The translations under genes were made by a program, and so were the position numbers. A stretch of 64,000 nucleotides of DNA from the human T2T-CHM13v2.0 reference genome, Homo sapiens: assembly GCF_009914755.1 (NCBI RefSeq), contig NC_060930.1; one strand, 5' to 3'. Within the stretch, counting starts at the first letter, position 1, and each line of letters opens with the position of its first letter. Positions 1 through 17,914 of the stretch are shown here, in pieces. The notes below the pieces were generated by a model. That model saw only the letters and a program-made list of their open reading frames with translations, ran no database searches and was not told the DNA's origin.

Positions 1-617
1 AAAATCTCTTGTGTCCATTTGTTCTATTTCAAACCTTGTAAATGATTTTTCTCAAGCTTTCTTTTGAGTTCTACTTTTGATGTGAAATTTTCAATTTTAT
101 TTTGTTTGCTTTATTTTTCTCATTATCATGGTGTTAATGTTGCTATTGTAGGACTTGAGCACAGGTGCAATGATGAATCCTTTAAACTTGGCATGGGCTT
201 AGATTGTCACCCTGTGGAATAAAACAGAATCCACATAGACTTGTTCTCTGATGATCTCTTAGCCGATTTTTATCTTAACATTCTGAGATTCTTTAGAAAA
301 AATTGCTAATAGGGCCTTCCACTATAGCCTAACATACTTTTAGAGAAAACTGTACCTTATTTAAGATTTTTAGCAGCCTTCATGATTATCTCTAGATTTG
401 GTGCAAATTTTACTATTATATATTCTTTTAGTTTGTGATTTGAACTTATAGATGTTTCTTGGTCTTATAGAAATAGAGGTTTTATCTCTTTCATTTTTTA
501 ATGATCTGTGATTCAGGTAGATGAATTAAATAAAATTGCATATTTTGCTCTCTTTACTTTTATTATGAAAGCACCAAGGTAATTATTTTTACACTCCCCT
601 CTACTTATCAAACCATA

Positions 618-1208
618 TTCATTAGTTTTCTATTACCCCATATAAATTGCCAGAAACATAGTAGCTTAAAACAACAAACATTCATTATCTTACCATTCTG
701 TAAGTAAGAAGCATTAATGACTTTAATTGAGTTTTCTGGTTGAGTCTTTCAAGACTGATGGGGAGAATCAATTTTCAAGGTTATTCAGGCTGTTAGCAGA
801 GGTCAATTTCTCTTGGTGGTAGGGCTGAAGCCTTTTTTTTTTTTTTTTTTTTTTTTTTTCCTGGCTGTCAGCTGAGAGATTCCCTCACAGCTCTTTAAGG
901 CCTTCTACATCCCTCATTACATTGGCCCTTCCATCTCCAAATCAGCAATCATGTGTGGAGTCATCTCACACTTTAAATCTCTCTGGCTCCTCTTCTGTCT
1001 TGTCTCTTCTGCCACCAGCTAAGAACTCAGTTTTCAATGACTTATGCAATTACATTGGAGCCTCCCAGATAGTCCAGAATAATTTATTTAAAAGTCCTTA
1101 AACTTAATTACTTCTGTGAAAGTCTCTTTTGCCATTTAACATAACATATTCACAGGTTTCAGAGCTTGAGGCACCAACATCAGTAGGGGGCCATTATACA
1201 TCTCACTA
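618..1208 (-). mobile_element. MaLR LTR (MLT1 family), old solo LTR with an internal poly-T run
   Basis: Typical MLT1 text, e.g. 'cttaaaacaacaaacattcattatcttaccattctg' and 'acatattcacaggtttcag...ggggccatt'. Subfamily and boundaries approximate. Confidence 0.7.
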
Positions 1209-1835
1209 TAGACATTAAAGAGGGTGATCATATTTCCTAACGCATTCCAATCCTTAGCCCACATGCTTTCTAGATTAAAGTTTTTACTCTTCTGGAATAA
1301 TATACATCATAATTAGATATGTCTCTTTGCCTGTTAGAACCTATATATTTCATTTTCTTGCTTAAATTAATTAAAATACAATAGCTTTCTGTACTTAGAA
1401 TTTAAACTCCCATGGTTCAAGAGATGGGCTCTAATTACTACTCTTTAATCCCACACTCTTTTGCTCCACCCCCCTCATTATTAACTCTGTCCAACAAAAT
1501 TGCTCACTCTGGTTTTTCAATTACACTTGACTTTGCCTCAAGTCCTTTAGACTTTTTCTTTCTTCTTCATCAGACATTCTTGTCACGATCTGTGCCTGAC
1601 TCTGTTTGTCATTTAGGTTCAAATAAAATGCCATCTTTTCAAAAATGCCTTCCCTGACCATTTTTGAGATGTCTGCTCATCACTCTCCTTGGCAATTATC
1701 ATCCATTTAAGTATTTTTGTGGCATTTATCCTTATGTCCCTTCCTACATAGATGATAGAGAATGATTTAAGGATTGTACTTCTGAGTCATATCTGGCCTT
1801 ACTAGTAAGTGGAAATATAAAAGTGATCCGGTAGA

Positions 1836-2513
1836 TTTTTTTTTATTATACTTTAAATTTTAGGCTACATATGCACAACGTTCAGGTTTGTTACACATGT
1901 ATGCATGTGCCATGTTGCTGTGCTACACCCATTAACTAGTCATTTACATTAGGTATATCTCCTAATGCTATCCCCCCTTCCCCCACCCCACAACAGGCCC
2001 TAGGGTGTGATGTTCCCCTTCCTGTGTCCAAGTGTTCTCATTGTTCAATTCCCACCTATGAGTGAGAACATGCAGTGTTTGGTTTTTTGTCCTGGCAATA
2101 GTTTGCTGAGAATGGTGTTTTCCAGCTTCATCCATGTCCCTACAAAGGACATGAACTCATCCTTTTTTATGGCTGCATAGTATTCCATGGTGTATATGTG
2201 CCACATTTTCTTAATCCAGACTATCATTGTTGGACATTTGGCTTGGTTCCAAGTCTTTGCTATTGTGAGTAGTGCCACAATAAACATACATGTGCATGTG
2301 TCTTTATAGCAGCATGATTTATACTCCTTTGGGTATATACTCAGTAATGGGATGGCTGGGTCAAATGGTATTTCCAGTTCTAGGTCCCTGAGGAATTGTC
2401 ACACCGACTTCCACAATGGTTGAACTAGTTTACAGTCCCACCAACAGTATAAAAGCGTTCCTATTTCTCTACATCCTCTCCAGCACCTGTTGTTTCCTGA
2501 CTTTTTAATGATC
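1836..2513 (-). mobile_element. 5'-truncated L1PA (about L1PA4-5): 3' UTR and end of ORF2, with TSD
   Basis: Poly-T followed by antisense L1 3' UTR. ORF 2045-2287 matches the ORF2 C-terminus ([15 protein letters not shown]...). TSD TGATCCGGTAGATTTT (1824-1839) / TGATCTGGTAGATTTT (2509-2524). Confidence 0.95.
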
Positions 2514-2918
2514 TGGTAGATTTTTAGAAACCTGTCACCTAGTGGCTTGAGAAAGGAATCGTTTCTTAAATAATTTTATCTGTAATGTTAGAGTCATACT
2601 CATTGAGCTACGGAGTAAAAATGTTAGTGAAAAGTCATGCAGTCTAGGTTCTAATACCAGTTAGTGATGGGAAAGTCATTGCATCTTTCCCTCAGCTTTC
2701 CATTTCTTCTCATATAAAACAAGGGAGATAGACAATTTAATCTCTGTTTATCTTTTACTGGAAAGGTCAGTGGTTTTGAGTTCTGAAGTCAGTTTGATAT
2801 TAAGAAGTTCCAAAATTCCAGGATTCTTTAAAATGTGGTCAGCATGTCTCTGCAGGTTCCCAAGACCCTTTTAGAGGATTTTTGAGGTTTAAAGTGCTTT
2901 TTAAAAATATTAAGATTT

Positions 2919-3213
<295 letters not shown>

Positions 3214-4125
3214 TTAAGATTTGTTTATCCTTTTCACTATGTTGACATTTACACTGATGATGCAAAGGTAAAAACTACTGGGACCTTAGCACAAATCAAG
3301 GCAGTGGCACCAAACTGTAAACATAATTATTGCATTTGTCAGGACACTGAAAAAAATATATTCATATAAAAAATCTGTTTTACTTAAGAATGTTTTTAGT
3401 AAAGCAGTAAAAAATATTAAATTTTTAAAATCTTGACCTCAGAGTACACATATTTTTAATATTCTGTGTGAAAAAATGGGAGGCTAGTATAAAACACTTT
3501 TGCTACATACTGAAGTATCAAATTATGGTGGTTGTCTAAAGGAAAATAACTGTGTGATTGAGTTGCAAGTGGAATCAACCACTGTTTTATAAAATACAAT
3601 TTATTGTACATAAAAGGATGTCAGATAAAATAGGGTTATTCAGACATGGGTATTTGGCAGACATATTTCAAACTTTGAAGAAGGCAAACCTGCCAATTCA
3701 GAAAATACTGCTGACAGTATTGTTGCCAAAAATAAAATGAGCTTTCAAGTGAAAATTTGAGTTTTTAAAATTTGTATCAACCTCCCAAACACTTAAAGAC
3801 TTTTTAATGAGAGAATGTTATATTAATGAATGTTTTTAAATATTGAATAATGAAATATGTCAACATATGAAAGATCTCAGAGATAACTTGGTGAACCAAT
3901 ATTTTCTAAATGAAAAATTCATGATATTACAATTCATGAATAAAAGATATACTCCAAATATAAAATAGAGCAATTAACTTAATATAACAGCATAAAAAGT
4001 TCACTGATGTGATTTCAGATTCCAAATTGCAATAACATTTAAAATAGTACTACTTGTTGAATTTGAGTGTAGTATCAAAGAACAACATCCACATTTATCT
4101 CAAAAGATTTTTAAATTCTCCTTTC

Positions 4126-4327
4126 CTTTTTTTTTCAATTTTTTGGGGTACACAGTAGGTGTATATATTTATGGGGTATGTGAGATGTTTTGATATAGGT
4201 ATGTAATGTGAAATAAGCACATCATGAAGACTGGGGTATCCATACCCTCAAGCACTTATTCTTTGAATTGCAAACATTCCACTTACACTCTAAGTTATTT
4301 TAAAATGTACATTCAATTTATTATTGT
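4126..4327 (-). mobile_element. L1MA 3' end fragment inserted in Charlie1
   Basis: Poly-T followed by 'gggtacacagtaggtgtatatatttatggggta...aataagcacatcatg', characteristic of an L1MA1-3 3' UTR. Confidence 0.75.
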
Positions 4328-4949
4328 CTTCTTTCCAACTGTGTAACTGTGTGAGGCTGGATTTTCTTTACATACCTCAACCAAAATAATGTATTCTAAC
4401 AAATCAAATGTAGAAGCAGATATGAGAAAGCAACTGTCTTCTATTTAGCTAGATATTAAAGAAATTTCAAAAATGTAAAACAGGGCCACTTTTTTCACTA
4501 AAATTACTTGTGTATTGGAAAATGATGTTAAATTTAATAAAATTTGTTACTTATTTAACACGTAATGAATTTGTTATAATTTTAAATGAAGTAATAAATA
4601 TTTTAAATTTTAACTAATCTTTATTTTAAATATTTATTTTAAAAATATTTAAATTAAATATTAACATTTATCAGAACAATTTTCTATTAACTAACATTAT
4701 ATTTTCAGTTTTGTTTTTAGTATGTTTTAGCACAAATATCCGTGAACAAATTATGCAATAAAAATATTTAAATTAAATATTTTAATTTCTAATATAGTAA
4801 GCTGCAATAGATACAATCCATATAAACAAAAGCTCTTTGCAGTCCTCCTTAATTTTTAGGAGAGTAAAGGGGTCTTAAGACCAAAAAGTTTGAGAACTGT
4901 TGGTATGAACAGAGACAAAAATGTTTGTTCAGTAGGGTTAACTACTTTT

Positions 4950-6015
<1,066 letters not shown>

Positions 6016-6078
6016 TGGATAATTTGAACAATTTCATTCTCAGATGTATTCAATTAAATAATTTGTCTATGGATATTT

Positions 6079-7251
6079 GTACCAAAACATACAAAAACAA
6101 AAGTGAAAATATGTTAGTTAATAAGAAATTTTTCTGATACATATAATAAAAGGAAACATCATATTAGTTAACAAGAAATTGTTCTGATTTATGAAGTAGA
6201 AGGGAATTGAAAGCATTATTTCCAAATTATGCCACATAAATTCAACCAAATATGTGTTTAACATATCACCACAAACTTCTCTCACAGTCTTGCACTTTGC
6301 TTTACATTTGTTCAAATAGAACCCCATGGATAAGATGCTTTTGGGTAAGAATGCCAAGAGATGACATGAAATGGAAGTTGGCATAACTATGGTTAACCTG
6401 AGCATGTTGGAAACTGAGGAAAGGCTGAATGTTACATGCAGCCTGTGAATCAGAGTGAATGGAAGAACCAGGGTGACCAACACCTGGCAAAATAGGCTGG
6501 AAATTGTGGGCATAATGGTCACCAACAATTTCCAAGTAACGAATAGCTGATTGATGGATAGTATCAACAAAACCAACAACTCACGTTTCTCTCTCTGGAG
6601 CATAGCCATGCTTATACTGGATTTTGTGGCTAAAACAGGACTCATTTATTTGCAAATAATGACCTGGGCTACCAACCTGTATCAGATGCAGTTCAAAGTA
6701 ATGCTTGCATACTTTGTGAGAGAAATTGTAGATATCAACCATAGTATTGGCTGAAATTTCATAATAGCAGTGGTTGTTTTCTCTGTGACTTTCATAGACT
6801 ATAAGAATAAAAAATAAAGCCAGGTTTTTAGGGAAATGTTAGAATTTGCAAAAAAGATACCTTTGAAGCAAGACCCGTAAAGATTGGCAGTTGTGGTAAA
6901 TGCATTTTGACGAATAGCCATCTTTGCATTGACATCATACCGTAAGAGTTGGTGACATGAGGAACGTCCAGGAGACACAGATAACAAATTACACTGCTTT
7001 AATAACTTAGGAGCTTGACAATAATAGGTGGTAGTGTATCTTAAAATAAATGCTTCTGCATTGGGAGAGGTGAAATGACAATTTTCTTAAAAATAAAACT
7101 AGTAAATAAAACAAAATTTGAATTTGACCCACAGGGTTTGATCACAATTGAGAAATTTGACTCACCACAATTAACTTTGATCTGCCAGGACAAATCATTC
7201 AGTTGATTCAAGTTTATTCTTAAATACTTTATTCTTTTGATGCTTCAGTAG
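6079..7251 (-). mobile_element. Merlin-superfamily DNA transposon (Merlin1_HS-like), near full length
   Basis: Carries a degenerate IS1595/IS1016-type DDE transposase on the minus strand. Degenerate terminal inverted repeats at 6080-6104 (TACCAAAACATACAAAA..) and 7226-7250 (reverse complement TACTGAAGCATCAAAA..). Length about 1.17 kb. Confidence 0.8.
6164..7010 (-). pseudogene. Disrupted Merlin/IS1595-family DDE transposase
   Basis: Manual minus-strand translation: VGSPGHYLQINESCFSHKIQYKHGYAPERET*VVGFVD..YLEIVGD..HPGSSIHSDSQAAC..FQHAQVNHS..HFMSSLGILTQ /frameshift/ LNKCKAK..LNTYLVEFMWH /frameshift/ NAFNSLLLHKSEQFLVN*. This matches the family motifs (V)EIDES, WVxG, PGSxIxSD, HxxVNHS, GxHTQxIE and YLxEFxW. 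In-frame stop at 6581-6583; start boundary approximate. Confidence 0.85.
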
Positions 7252-7493
7252 GGTTGACTGTTGCTTGTAAGCAACATTTATAGAACATAAGCAGTGTTCT
7301 GGTTTGAAATAGAACATCATCATATGGATCACATCTTCAGTTTATACTAAGGAAGGGGACAATGCATTGTAATACACACCATAAAGGAAGTTATCACAGC
7401 GAGTTATTGGAGAACATAGAGCAATCATTTGTACCCTAACTTGAGATACGTATATAATCTTGGAAGTTACATCTCAGTGGAACCTTTAAAGAT

Positions 7494-7888
7494 TCTCTAG
7501 TTTGAATGTTTGTCCCTCTAAAACTCATGTTGAAACTTGATACCTAATATAACAGTATTAAGAGGTAGAGCCTTTAAGAGGTGATTGGGTCATGAGTACT
7601 CTGCCCTCATGAATGGGTTAATCTATTCATAGATTAATGGATTGATGGGTTAGCATGAGAGTGAATTTGTTATAAAAGCCAGTTTGGCTCTCTCTTATGT
7701 GCCCCTTTGCCCTGTGATGCCTTCCACCGTGTTTTGGTGCAGCACAAGGCCCTCACTAGAAGCTGACCAGGTGTGGTCATCCAATCTTGAACTTCCCAGC
7801 CTCCAGAACCATGAGCTAAGTAAACCTCTTTCTTTATAAATTTCCCAGTCTCAAGTATTCAGTTATAGAACAGAAAACAGACTAAAAT
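7494..7888 (+). mobile_element. MaLR solo LTR (MST family)
   Basis: Runs from 'tagtttgaatgtttgtccctctaaaactcatgttgaaact' to 'cagcctccagaaccatgagc..taaacctctttctttataaat..cagactaa'. Confidence 0.85.
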
Positions 7889-10800
7889 AAAGGAAAAGTA
7901 GGCTTGAAAAAGAATAAACGAGGGTGGGCAGGGAAGAATGTCAAAAGTCAAGGGAGGAGCCCCTGCATAATGAATTGGAGGTATGAAACAGCATGATATG
8001 TACAGAGAACTGCAAACAGCTTTTGTTATCTGAGTATAGAGTGTGCCTAAAAGAGGTTAGGGGGAGGCAGCTAGAAAAGCAAACATGATCCAGTCTTGAT
8101 GGTTTTAGCTCAAACTTCTACTCCTGTTAAAACTCAAGTGTTTGCCAAGTCCAGAAATCCCTCACTGACACCTACCCTTTTCTCTAGGTTGTGTTAGGTC
8201 CTTACCACAATGCTCCCATTACTACTTCCTACAAGTGCTCTTAGTTAATACACTTAAGAGCTGTATTATAATCTGTTTATATGTTTAACGTACTGCCTAG
8301 AACATACAATTGTTTGTTTAACTTCTCTGAATTGGGTACACAGTTTTGAACAGATAAACTAATGTTTAAAGAGGATAATTTTTGTTGCTATTTGCCTGGT
8401 AGTCAGGGCTAACTTAGATTGGAGACAGGAAGGGCAAGTGGAAAGGTTTCATGCAGAAATGAAGTGATTAGCACCTGAGTCAGCATAGTGACTCTGGAAG
8501 TAAAAATGGCTCAGAATGTGCTGCCTTTCACCTGTGGTGAAAATATGTATTCCTAGTAAAGCATGGCAGTAGAGTTGACACTGAATGATGATGTATGTAA
8601 GCTGAGCTCTGAAGAAAGACCAGTGCACACAAAGATTTTGGGTGGAGCATGAAACTGAGTTTATTTTCTGTTAGGAAAAATGCAATCATAAGTGAGGTAT
8701 GGAAAATAAAGTAAAAATGGCTGTTTAAATTGTTAAGAGAGGTTTGAGAAGAATTTGAAGTGCCCAGCAACAAAAGTGGCCTCTCATGAAAGGCCCCATG
8801 CTTAACTCAAGGCAGCACATGTTTCTTAGACATGAAGCTGAACTAACCATCTGTCTTTTTGACGTCTCCTTGGAAGCACTCAGGTTCTGCTGCCAAGGTC
8901 GAGTGCTCCTTTCCTAGGTCTATCCATCTGCACCTACCATGTAATGTGAAGATTTTTATTTTTTCTTTTCAGTAACAAGACAAAATCATTTTAGAAAATA
9001 GGTTTTCTCAAGAATTTCAAAGTGTAGTATTAAACTTTAGTAGACTAGTACGAAATAAAATCACTGCTACTCCACTTTTTTTAAAAAAAGAAAGAGAAAT
9101 GCACAAAATTATTCAAGGTGACAGCAACCACCTTCAACTTTTTGTATGCCAGCAATGCAAAATTTTTTTATACAGTGACCTTGAATCACAACAGTGAAAA
9201 GAATCAGGTATAACATATTAGGGGTACTGTAAGACTGCCATGAAAAAGAAAAAATAAGGAATCCTTATAATGTAAAATTCTTATAATCCACCATTTTAAA
9301 AATCAGATATTTTATGAGAGCATATTGTTTTTTCTTTTAGGGAGCTTTCAATAATGAGAAAATGTCCCCATTTCAACTAGAATTACTGGAGTAATCTTAG
9401 TTACTGCATAGAATATAGTAAAAGTAAAGTGATACATAAATACATGGGTATATATTTTTGCTTTGTAATCATCAAATTTTTTCTCCATTGTCTTTTGAAA
9501 ACCATGTCATTTATTTTTCAGAGACCTAAGTTGAAGTGAGAAGCAGTATGTCTGTACTAAATTAATGACCAAGCAGAATTTAAACTTTTCAGAAATTTTA
9601 ATTTGAGACATTCCTTTGCTTTATTTCAATTTTTAAACTAAAATAGGAACTTTTGGTATATATGACTAAAGTAATTAAATGTCATTTAATCTTGTTATAA
9701 CATATTAACAACTCAAATATTCAGCATTTGGCCTGAAAACAGGAAGGAAGCAATTTTAAAACAGCTAAAATTGATGATAAATAATACTAAAGCTTGGATA
9801 CTTTACTACTAGGAAAGTCTTATAAGTACTGCCTTTAATTTTAGTTTTATATTGCATAGCAGTCCAATAAGATTCATCATCTCATTTTTTAAATCCCAGG
9901 AAATCAAGAATATCACAGTTGAATAGTGAAGTGTCATTGTTACAAGCAGACACACAGTAAAGTAAGGAGCTAATATGGCAGCAAGGCAGGAGATATTTCT
10001 CCAAAATGAACACACACACCCACAAAGAACAAAAGCAAATTGTTTGGCCCTTTAATATATGGCAAAACATTACTAATCTTAGTGTTCCCTGTATATACAG
10101 GTGCTTACAGCACAGTACCTTTATTGATGTTTAGCATTACATCCTGAATCATCTAGAAAAGATTAAGTAATGTACAGTAATAAATGCATTTTTAGAAAAT
10201 ATAATAAAAAAATTTTAACTCTTGTCAGAAAAGACCAAACAGTTTTGTCTTTGAAGAATTTATCTATGCAGACTTATTTCTTAATGACTCGGAGTAACTA
10301 TGATTTTTCAGTGGTTTGAGTTAACTGGTAAGCCAATGTTTGCAATAACCAGTGTATTCCTTTGTGTGACAACTGTATTAGAAAATTAAAATATTATGAT
10401 TTCTTATTGATCATTTTATATTTGTACTGGGGAAAATAGCTAAATGGGACCTCCTAATTTCTAGGCAAAAGTCAGTTCACAAATTGGCTTGTATGTCAAT
10501 ATCACGTAATTCATAAGAATGTTGCTAGACTTTCATACGCCACACAATTAGTTCATGGTGGAAATAAAACTGCCATTAGTTCCTGATTACCAGTTTGACA
10601 TTATATTATCATTTCTGATTCTACTCAGCATGTTTGTTAAAGAATAAAGTGATTCTATTTACATTTTTAAAATGTTACTTTGGTAAAAAACATGTTTTGA
10701 GAAGCCGTTGAATGGAATAAAGATATTAGGCAAGACAAATTACTGCTCCCTCTAGCAGTTTAAAATATAGTTAGAAACTAAGACTGAAATAAGGGAAGGA

Positions 10801-11479
10801 GGAATGAAGAAAAGAACTATTGAATACCTCATGGATGTCAGGCTTTGTGTTCAATATAATTAAAAAATTTGATTCTCAAGAATTCCCGTGTTACAGATGA
10901 ATAATGTGAAACTCAGTCTATATTTGAACAACTGGTAATTAGCAAAATTGGAGTCCTAACTATGGCCTGTCTGGCTTTAAAATCCTGCTCTTTCCACTCT
11001 CCTCCATGGCACCCAGGAAAATGCATGGTGGAAAATGCATGATACAAAAATAAGACCTCAAGAACAGCCAAAGGAGATCAGTGGCATGGGGTGGATAAGA
11101 AAAAGTGTCATTAGAAAAGAGAAGTTTTTATAGATCTCACACACATACACACACACAAGTCTTGATAAGAGGAGTGGGACGGGCAATTTATTCACATTTG
11201 GGTAACCAAGTATCATAAAATAACTATTCTGATTCTTATATGAAAGGTTAATATCTTGTTTTAAGAAGGTGGCAGTAATATCAGGAAAACATTTTCATTT
11301 TTACAGAGTACATATTCACCATACATTCCAGGATTCTTCAAAATTATGTAAATATAAAAATTTCCCTGAAAAATAGTAAACAAATTTAGAATTTTTCAAA
11401 ATGATAAAAATTGCATAACTTATAAAAATGCAATTTCATATGAATATATTTCTCTGCATATTGATATTAAGTGTTAAAG

Positions 11480-11655
11480 TTAATACTAGTAGTTGACATT
11501 TACTTTTTCTTTGCCAGCCACTGACTTGAGAAAATTGCATGTATCACCTCAATTAATCCTCAGAATAACAATATAAAATACTCTTGTCATCTCCACTTAA
11601 CAGACCTGTAAACTGTGATACAGAATACCTAAGTAACTTGTCCAAGGTAACACAT
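11480..11655 (-). mobile_element. MIR fragment
   Basis: 'aagtaacttgtccaaggtaacaca' core and upstream MIR-like text. Confidence 0.55.
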
Positions 11656-12283
11656 TGGTGCTGTATACATTTATGTCCTTCATATCCTTCTGTATCCCTA
11701 TTCATTTTTCTATGTGTTCTGGGAGCAGGCTGGCTTCAAGAGCATGTGACCTACACAGATGCACAGGGTTCCACACTCAGTGGGATCCTACACTTGATTT
11801 ATTGTTTTGCTATTACCATCTTGAAATTCCTAACAATTGTTTTCAAACAAAGGAGCCCTGCATTTTCATTCTTCACTGAACCACAAGAATTGCTTAACAA
11901 GTCTTGTCAAGGTAGCTAACCCATTTGCTTACCATCAGTGAGCCTCCTTCTCCCTGGTTTTAGGTTGATTTAGCCGAAGAGAGGCACTGGCAAGAAACAA
12001 AAGGGTGGGAAGACAGTAAGGGTGGAGGATTAATTGCTCCACAAAAGGCACAGCCCATGTTGAATCCTTCTCATAATGCTGCCTTTTCCAGGTTTTGGTA
12101 ACTGCTTTCTACCTTCCTCTTCTTCAAGATGTCTCCCCATTATTACCACCCCATTACTTGACTGGCATTGTGGGACTCCTTAAATCTTGTCCATGTCTTT
12201 CTATGTAGTTCCTTTATCAAATTCTCTTCAAAGTATCAAGTTTGAATGAGCCATCTGTTTTCTGCAGGGACCCTGACTGACAA
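11656..12283 (-). mobile_element. ERVL-type LTR (LTR33/LTR16-like) with MER91A inserted
   Basis: Ends in 'gccatctgttttctgcagggaccctgactgaca', typical of this LTR group. Left boundary approximate. Confidence 0.55.
11726..11906 (+). mobile_element. MER91A-like hAT-Tip100 MITE
   Basis: 'caggctggcttcaagagcatgtgacct...tcttgaaattcctaacaat...ggagccctgcattttcatt' matches MER91A text. Confidence 0.7.
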
Positions 12284-13379
12284 ACACAATTACCCATGCA
12301 TCTTCTGATTTTGTGGCACAGTAGAAATCAGCTCAGGACAGTGGGGTAGGAGCTGGCTGAGGGAAAACAAGGAACACTTAGTTTCACATGAAGGCACCAA
12401 AGGAAACTAGCTCTAGGACCTTGCTGCTAATGTCTTCTCCACAAAGCTTGAATCAGCTTACACGCCTACCATCTATATACTTGCATACTTGTTTCACTGA
12501 ATCTTTACTTTTACTAGATTTTATAATGCCCCACCCCCATCTCTGATTCTTAAAGGAAAATGTGCCCAGAATTGGTTTGGAGTGATGCCTGACTGTGAGA
12601 GAGAAGAGAGGGGAGGAGAGTGGAGTTGTGGTAGATATCTTTGTTAACTATACATATTACTTTAAATTCCTAAGCCTATTAGTTGAGTTTCTGACAAATA
12701 CCTACATAATTACTTTCTGAAGCAAGCTCTGGAGGTTTAGAATAAAGATCTTAGTTCTGTGAATTCTCTGACATTAAAAATGAATATGAGAGAAAGTGCT
12801 TGTCAAGGAAAAAAGTGAGGTGTTAACATTTACTCTACATTTCACTTTCAATTTGTATGTTTAAAGGTTCTTTTTTTTTATATTAAGTTGTTTAAATCTC
12901 CCGATTATTTTTATTCATCACTTGAAAATAAAAAAAGATATTCCTTAAAGTTCCATTTTATTATGTTTCAAATACCTATTACAGAATTTTTCTTTAAAGG
13001 CAGAGAAGGTAAACTTCTAGAAATACTTCCATTGGGTAATAATAGCATCTATAAAATAGGGATCCAAATTTCAGAAATGCACAGTTTGTGTTCTTACTCT
13101 CAGAGTGGTAATAATACATTGGCTCATTGGTGTTGATTTAAAGTGTATATGAGAGCTAGGGTTTTCAATTAGGAGGTGATATATTACAGAACGAGAGTAA
13201 CTGAAGATTTTTAGCCCAAAGGAAAATGAGAAATAATCACATGTAGAGCCTCAAACACTGAACATTCATTTTATTTTATAAAAGAAAAAAAACACTATCC
13301 TGCTTTAAATATCTATCAATAGCAACATGAAATAGACTAAGAAAAGAAATAAATCTCTGTTGAAAGGGTTAAGATACTT

Positions 13380-17869
<4,490 letters not shown>

Positions 17870-17914
17870 AAAATAAATAAATCATAATGGAAGATAAATT
17901 TAATTTTCTTTTCT

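Noticed and set aside
6118-6645. 175-aa ORF as a novel protein-coding gene
   Set aside because: It is mostly an off-frame reading of the Merlin transposase pseudogene; only a short C-terminal stretch is in the true frame.
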